Origin: Okamejei kenojei
Taxonomy: Eukaryota
Length of the DNA stretch: 64,000 bases
Direction of reading: 5' to 3'
NCBI GenBank assembly: GCA_035221665.1
Contig: CM069137.1
Location: 75,144,001 to 75,208,000 of the forward strand
Shown piece by piece: positions 63,121 to 64,000 of the stretch. How positions within the stretch are numbered: the first letter of the stretch is position 1; every line of letters begins with the position of its first letter. Both the position numbers and the translations under genes were made by a program. A model generated the notes under the pieces. It was given only the letters and a program-made list of their open reading frames with translations, searched no databases and was not told where the DNA came from.

Positions 63121-64000
63121 ACAATAGAAAATAGACAATAGGTGCAGGAGTAGGCCATTCGGCCCTTCGAGCCAGCACCACCATTCAATGTGACCATGAC
63201 TGATCATCCCCAATCAGTACCCCGTTCCTGCCTTCTCCCCATTTCCCCTGACTCCGCTATTTTTAATAGCCCTATCTAGCTCTCTTGAAAGCATCCAGAG
63301 GATCTGCCTCCACTGCCCTCTGAGGCAGAGAATACCACAGACTCACCACTCTCTGTGGGGAAAAAGTGTTTCCTCGTCTCCGTTCTAAATGGCTTACTCC
63401 TTATTCTTAAACTGTGGCCCCTGGTTCTGGACTCCCCCAACATCGGGAACATGTTTCCTGCCTCTAGCGTGCCCAAACCCTTAACAATCTTATATGTTTC
63501 AATGAGATCACCTCTCATCCTTCTAAACTCCAGAGTGTACAAGCCCAGCTGCTCCATTCTCTCAGCATATGACAGTCCGGCCATCCTGGGAATTAACCTT
63601 GTGAACCTACGCTGCACTCCCTCAATAGCAAGAATGTCCTTCCTCAAATTAGGGGACCAAAACTGCACACAATACTCCAGGTTTGGTCTCACTAGGGAAC
63701 ACAAAAAGCTGGAGAAACTCAGCGGGTGCAGCAGCATCTAAGGAGCAAAGGAGATAGGCAACGTTTTGGGCCGAGTCTCACTAGGGTTCTGTACAACTGC
63801 AAAATTACCTCTTTGCTCCTATATTCAGTTCCTCTTGTTGTATAGGCCAACATGCCATTCACTTTCTTCACTGCCTGCTGCACCTGCATGCTTACTTTCA
63901 TAGACTGATGTACAAACCCCCCCCAGATCCCGTTGTACTTCCCCTTTTCCCAACTTTACACCATTTAGATAGTAATCTGCCTTCCTGTTTTTGGTACCAA
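63121..64000 (-). mobile_element. CR1 LINE 3' portion with nested PLE-derived insert (63698-63774, 12-bp TSD)
   Basis: [38 protein letters not shown]; same subfamily tail as 51667 (TAGGTGCAGGAGTAGGCCATTCGGCCCTTCGAGCC); GTCTCACTAGGG at 63686-63697 and 63775-63786. Confidence 0.93.

Overview
Vertebrate (cartilaginous fish, most likely a skate/ray) genomic DNA spanning the 3' (anterior) end of the HoxD cluster on the + strand: miR-10b, HoxD4, HoxD3, an intact HoxD2 and HoxD1, then an increasingly repeat-rich spacer and the CpG-rich promoter plus first coding exon of mtx2 (metaxin-2), the conserved HoxD neighbour. Four DR5 retinoic-acid response elements and several Pbx/Hox, Meis and homeodomain motif clusters are visible in the cluster. 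The most unexpected signal is a dispersed family (~17 copies) of short Penelope-like-element (PLE) terminal-repeat derivatives carrying a minimal hammerhead ribozyme motif (CTGAAGA-A-GGGT[loop]ACCC-GAAAC-GTC). They occur alone, as inverted dimers, with target-site duplications, and at the ends of two GIY-YIG PLE relics; the copy lying sense in the HoxD3 intron has lost its catalytic core. Also present: CR1 LINE fragments, an HE1/V-SINE, a Harbinger-like MITE and two assembly gaps. All calls were made by eye from the sequence; no database searches were run.
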